Notes under the pieces: model-generated
Seen by the model: only the letters and a program-made list of their open reading frames with translations
Database searches by the model: none
Told to the model about the DNA's origin: nothing
Assembly (NCBI GenBank): GCA_046757025.1
Contig: JBHHXN010000098.1
Span: 1-19,326 of the forward strand
DNA length: 19,326 nt
Source of the DNA: a bacterium
GTDB lineage: Bacteria; Zhuqueibacterota; Zhuqueibacteria; Oceanimicrobiales; Oceanimicrobiaceae
Reading direction: 5' to 3'
Made by a program: the position numbers and the translations under genes
In this document: positions 15,136 to 19,326 of the stretch, in pieces
Layout: each line of letters opens with the position of its first letter
How positions within the stretch are numbered: position 1 is the stretch's first letter

Positions 15136-15420
15136 ACCGTTTTAAATTACATCAGTTCAGGTGATATAACATTTCGAAATCTGGGACGAGAAAACGAGGA
15201 TGACGATGTGTTCCGGATGGCGCCGGAATATAAATGGATCCACTGTGCAGAATCGGCAAACCGGACCCTCCGGGCGTTCTGAATTATGCGAGACTTGGTG
15301 TTTGTCCGGCAGATTTGAAACTGGGCGGAAAAGCGAAGTTTCTGGCAAATGTACCGCCATCGGTCAAAATGGGTTGATCCACCCGATTGGAAGTGAATTT
15401 TTGAAAAGAAAGGTTGTATT

Positions 15421-16566
15421 ATGAAGCGCAAAGCCTTGATTATTCTACCGTTCATCATCATCGGCATCGGCTACTTGGGCATGCAAATATTGGCGAATTT
15501 GCGCACGGATCCGCCCAAAAAAATGCCCACGCCCTATCCCAAACTCGTGGATGCCATGCGTGTGGAGCTTCGGGACGTGCCGGCAGAAATCGTCGCTTAC
15601 GGACGTCTGACTTCGGCGCAACCGGTGATTTTGTACAGCGAAGTGGCTGGCAAACTGATGGCGGGCCAAAAACCTTTCCAGCCCGGGCAAACGTTTAAAA
15701 AAGGCGATCTTCTTTTGAAGATCGATGATCGCCAGGTGCGGTTGGATTTAAACAGCGCCAAAAGCGACTTCCTAAATGCGCTGGCCTCGGTGCTGCCGGA
15801 AATTAAAGTGGATTTTCCAGATGAATTTGAAATCTGGCAGAACTATTTCAACAACTGTAAATTTGACCAGAAATTGGCTGATTTGCCCAAAGTAAATAAC
15901 CAAAAGATCAAATTATTTTTATCAAGATTTAACGTTTACAAATTGTATTTTTCTGTGCGCAATTTGGAGATTCTGCTGGATAAGCACTTTTTCCATGCGC
16001 CATTTTCCGGCGCCATCGTTTCCACAGACCTGCGTGTGGGCTCCACCGCGCGCAACGGCACCCGTCTCGGTGAAATCATTAATTTAGAAGATATGGAGGT
16101 GGAAGTACCGGTGCCTGCAAAGGATGTGCAATGGATCGATCACAACCGGCCGGTGAAATTCAGCTCCTCTGAAATCGCCGGCCGTTGGACTGGCAGAATC
16201 AAACGCGTGGGTAAGGCCATCGATACGCGCACGCAGACCATCCCCGTGTTTATTTCAATCGACCACAATAAGGCCAATGAAATTTACAGCGGGGTTTTCC
16301 TCAAAGCGCAAATCCCCGGTCGAATCATCCCGCAGGCCGTGGCCATTCCTCAAAAAGTGCTTTACAATGAAAAGTATGTTTATTTGATCAAAAACGGCAA
16401 ACTGGATTTCCGAGAAGTGGAAATCGCCCGCCGGGAAACCGAATCGGCCATCATCACGCAAGGGGTGCAAAGCGGCGATACGCTGGTGGTGGAAGTCCTT
16501 CAGGGGGTGGCTCCCGGCATGCTCGCAAAAGGAAACATCATCAGCCCAGAGCACGGGAGTAATTGA
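15421..16566 (+). CDS. RND efflux periplasmic adaptor (membrane fusion protein)
   Basis: N-terminal TM anchor. Lipoyl half-motifs SEVAGKL...GQTFKKGDLLLKID and APFSGAI, plus IDTRTQT and GVQSGDTLV. Coupled to the RND pump by a TGATG overlap. Confidence 0.93.
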   Translation: MKRKALIILPFIIIGIGYLGMQILANLRTDPPKKMPTPYPKLVDAMRVELRDVPAEIVAYGRLTSAQPVILYSEVAGKLMAGQKPFQPGQTFKKGDLLLKIDDRQVRLDLNSAKSDFLNALASVLPEIKVDFPDEFEIWQNYFNNCKFDQKLADLPKVNNQKIKLFLSRFNVYKLYFSVRNLEILLDKHFFHAPFSGAIVSTDLRVGSTARNGTRLGEIINLEDMEVEVPVPAKDVQWIDHNRPVKFSSSEIAGRWTGRIKRVGKAIDTRTQTIPVFISIDHNKANEIYSGVFLKAQIPGRIIPQAVAIPQKVLYNEKYVYLIKNGKLDFREVEIARRETESAIITQGVQSGDTLVVEVLQGVAPGMLAKGNIISPEHGSN

Positions 16567-19326
16567 TGAGAAAAATTATTGCTTTTTTTATTCGGTATCT
16601 CGTCTGGTCAAATGTGTTGATGTTCAGCACCCTGGGATTTGGATTGTTGGGATTTATGCAACTCAAATATTCAATCTTTCCTGAAATGCCGGCCGACATC
16701 ATCACCATTCAGTTAGCTTATCCGGGCGCTTCGCCGCAGGAAGTGGAAGAGGGGGTGGTATTGAAGATCGAAGAAAATTTAGACGGGCTCGAAGGCATTG
16801 ATCGCGTCACCTCGGTTTCCCGGGAAAATTTTGCGGTGGTGAATGTTGAAATTGCCTATGGTTCAGATGTTGACAAAGTGCTCACCGATGTAAAAAATGC
16901 AGTTGATCGCATCAACTCCTTTCCACTAGGCAGCGAAAAGCCGGTAATTTTCGAACAAAAATTTCGAGCTCGGACCATGTCGGTGGTGCTTTATGGAAAA
17001 ACCGATCTTTTTAACTTAAAAACCATTGCCGAAAATTTGCGCGATGAATTGCTGGCAACCTCAGAAATATCTCAGGTGGCCGTAGCGGGGCTGCCCAATC
17101 CCGAAATTTCCATCGAAGTGTCAGAAGCGGTTCTGCAGCGCTACCAATTGACCTTCGATGAAATTGCTAACGCGGTGCGCTCAGCTAACATCAATATTTC
17201 CGGCGGCAAGTTTGAAACCGAAGATGAAGAAATCCTGATTAGGGCGTACGGCCGAAGTTACTACGCCAATGAATTGCACAATGTGGTGGTGCGCGGCAAC
17301 CCGGACGGCACGGTGATTTATTTGAAAGACATCGCAGACATCAAAGAACAATGGGAGGACATCCCCAACAAATCTTACTACAACAATCACAATTCGGTGG
17401 TTTTATCTGTCGATAAAACCGCGGAAGAGGATATCATTGCGGTGGCGAATAAGACGCAGGAGATCGTTGCCGAATTTAACGCGTCTAATAAACAAGTCCA
17501 AGCCTTAATCCTGGATGATCGCACCATCGGCCTGAAACAGCGACTGGAATTGCTGGAGACCAATGGACTGATCGGCTTGTTTCTGGTAGTCTGCACTCTG
17601 GGCTTTTTTATGAATCTGCGTCTGTCGTTGTGGGTTTCCGTGGGCATTCCTTTTTCTTTCGCTGGCATGTTTATTGTAGCTAAAATGGTGGGTATCACCA
17701 TCAATGTCATCTCCACATTCGGCATGATCATTGTGGTCGGTATCCTGGTGGACGACGCCATCGTGGTGGGTGAAAATATTTATGCGCATTATGAGCGCGG
17801 CAAATCTGCTGTTCAGTCTGCCATCGATGGTACTGTGGAGATGCTGGCGCCGGTTTTCACTTCGGTTGCTACGACCATCATCGCTTTCATGCCGTTCTTT
17901 TTTTTAGAGGGATTTTTAGGCAAATTTATCTGGCACATGGCGCTGGTGGTGGTGGTCTCGCTGGCGTTTTCACTAGTTGAAGCCTTTCTCATTTTGCCGG
18001 CGCATCTGGCGCATTCTAAAGGACTGCATCCCCACAAAGAAGACCCGCCATTTCGACAGAAGATCGAAAAAGTAATCAAGACCTCCACCTATACGGTTTA
18101 TGGGCCTGTTTTAAAATTCGCTATGAAATACAGTTGGGTTACGGTTACCATACCGGTAGCGTTTTTTATGCTCACCTTTGGCTTGTTGAAGGGGGGATTC
18201 ATCGGCGCCACGCCGTTTCCATTCATCGACGGCGATACCCTGCCCATCAACGTTTCCCTGGTTGCCGGCCGGCAGGAAGCTGACACGGACTCAGTTTTAG
18301 CTAAACTCGAGCGAGTGTGCTGGCAGGTGAACGAAGAGCTTAAAAAAGAGCGTGAGGATCACCAGGACGTTATCCTGGGAATCCGACGTGAAATCGGGGC
18401 AAATGACTTCGGCGAGTCCGGCAGTCACACGGGCAAATTGACTCTGGAGTTGTTGAATGGTGAAGAGCGGGACATGGACAGTTTTGTGGTGGCAACTCGG
18501 CTCCGCCAACGGGTTGGGGTGGTGCCCGAAGCGCAAAATATCACATACGGCCGCCAAGGTTTTTTTGGCAAGCCGGTCTCCATCAGTTTGCTCGGAAACG
18601 ACTTGGTGCAGCTCAACAAAGCCCGGGATTTGATGGTCAGCGAGTTGATGAATTTTACCACCTTGAAAGATATCACCGATTCCAATCAGGAGGGCAAACG
18701 CGAGCTGAACATCGCCTTAAAGCCCCGGGCTTATGCGCTGGGTTTGCACTTGAGCGACGTGGCGCGTCAGGTGCGCCAGGGCTTTTTTGGCCAGGAAGTA
18801 CAACGCCTTCAACGAGGTCGGGACGAAGTGAAAGTCTGGGTGCGCTATCAGCCGCAGGACCGCGCAGCGCTGGGATTCCTCGATCAAATGCGTATCCGGA
18901 CGCCGGCCGGCGAGGAGTTCCCGTTCAGCGAGCTGGCGGAATACCAGATCGCCCGCGACATCATCGCCATCAATCATCTGGACAAAAAGCGCGAGATCAA
19001 AGTGGAAGCCAACCTGGCCAATGAAACCGACGATTTGCCGCCCATTCTGGATGAGATACGCGAGGACGTGGTGCCGAAAGTTTTGTCGCAAGTGCAAGGG
19101 ATTCAGATTTCTTTTGAGGGCCAATCCCGCAACCGAGAAAAAGAAGCCGAGTCCATGCAGCGAGCGTTTCCCATGGCCTTACTCGGCATGTTTATTTTGC
19201 TGGTTCTGGTCTTCCGTTCGTATGCTCAGGCCTCGTTGATTTTTTCGCTGATTCCGTTTGGCGTCATCGGGGCGGTTTGGGGGCACGGCATTCAGGGGGT
19301 GCAGCTTTCGTTTCTTTCAATGTACG
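16566..19326 (+). CDS. AcrB/AcrD/AcrF family RND efflux permease, 3' truncated by the window end
   Basis: Not in the ORF track. ATG at 16566 overlaps the adaptor stop. Translates MRKIIAFFIRY...YPGASPQEVEEGVVLKIEE...GMIIVVGILVDDAIVVGENI (TM4 DD proton relay) and is still in the same frame at the end of the window (...QLSFLSMY). Confidence 0.96.
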   Translation, partial: MRKIIAFFIRYLVWSNVLMFSTLGFGLLGFMQLKYSIFPEMPADIITIQLAYPGASPQEVEEGVVLKIEENLDGLEGIDRVTSVSRENFAVVNVEIAYGSDVDKVLTDVKNAVDRINSFPLGSEKPVIFEQKFRARTMSVVLYGKTDLFNLKTIAENLRDELLATSEISQVAVAGLPNPEISIEVSEAVLQRYQLTFDEIANAVRSANINISGGKFETEDEEILIRAYGRSYYANELHNVVVRGNPDGTVIYLKDIADIKEQWEDIPNKSYYNNHNSVVLSVDKTAEEDIIAVANKTQEIVAEFNASNKQVQALILDDRTIGLKQRLELLETNGLIGLFLVVCTLGFFMNLRLSLWVSVGIPFSFAGMFIVAKMVGITINVISTFGMIIVVGILVDDAIVVGENIYAHYERGKSAVQSAIDGTVEMLAPVFTSVATTIIAFMPFFFLEGFLGKFIWHMALVVVVSLAFSLVEAFLILPAHLAHSKGLHPHKEDPPFRQKIEKVIKTSTYTVYGPVLKFAMKYSWVTVTIPVAFFMLTFGLLKGGFIGATPFPFIDGDTLPINVSLVAGRQEADTDSVLAKLERVCWQVNEELKKEREDHQDVILGIRREIGANDFGESGSHTGKLTLELLNGEERDMDSFVVATRLRQRVGVVPEAQNITYGRQGFFGKPVSISLLGNDLVQLNKARDLMVSELMNFTTLKDITDSNQEGKRELNIALKPRAYALGLHLSDVARQVRQGFFGQEVQRLQRGRDEVKVWVRYQPQDRAALGFLDQMRIRTPAGEEFPFSELAEYQIARDIIAINHLDKKREIKVEANLANETDDLPPILDEIREDVVPKVLSQVQGIQISFEGQSRNREKEAESMQRAFPMALLGMFILLVLVFRSYAQASLIFSLIPFGVIGAVWGHGIQGVQLSFLSMY

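Noticed and set aside
15254..15282. c-di-GMP-I riboswitch-like GGCAAACC start (also GGCAAA at 6729)
   Set aside because: No GNRA-capped P2 followed by GCAAA, and no P3 consensus.
1..19326. CRISPR array, tRNA/rRNA, transposase or integrase
   Set aside because: No regularly spaced 23-47-nt repeats, cloverleaf or recombinase motifs were recognised.

Overview
Bacterial genomic window with strong Shine-Dalgarno usage. Several signal peptides appear to cleave before Gln, which suggests an FCB-adjacent lineage such as KSB1 or Calditrichota; this assignment is inference only. From left to right it contains: (-) a partial secreted ORF at the window edge (1-166), missing from the ORF track, whose N-terminus looks cohesin-like; (-) directly upstream of it, a secreted dockerin + PKD + GH113-like protein that seems to lack the catalytic nucleophile; (-) a two-gene ABC-2 exporter behind a consensus sigma70 promoter and a ~195-nt structured leader; (+) a stand-alone ccmF heme lyase with a sigma54 promoter and paired upstream sites; a candidate pseudoknotted RNA element; (+) an S9 peptidase; (-) an orphan soluble TPR histidine kinase with an aberrant G2 box; (+) a VPS10/BNR beta-propeller protein; a decayed GTCA-type palindromic repeat; and (+) an RND efflux adaptor plus a partial AcrB-family pump, also missing from the ORF track. 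The best candidate for a new system is the possible cohesin-dockerin pair at 1-1792. No rRNA, tRNA, CRISPR array or transposase was recognised.
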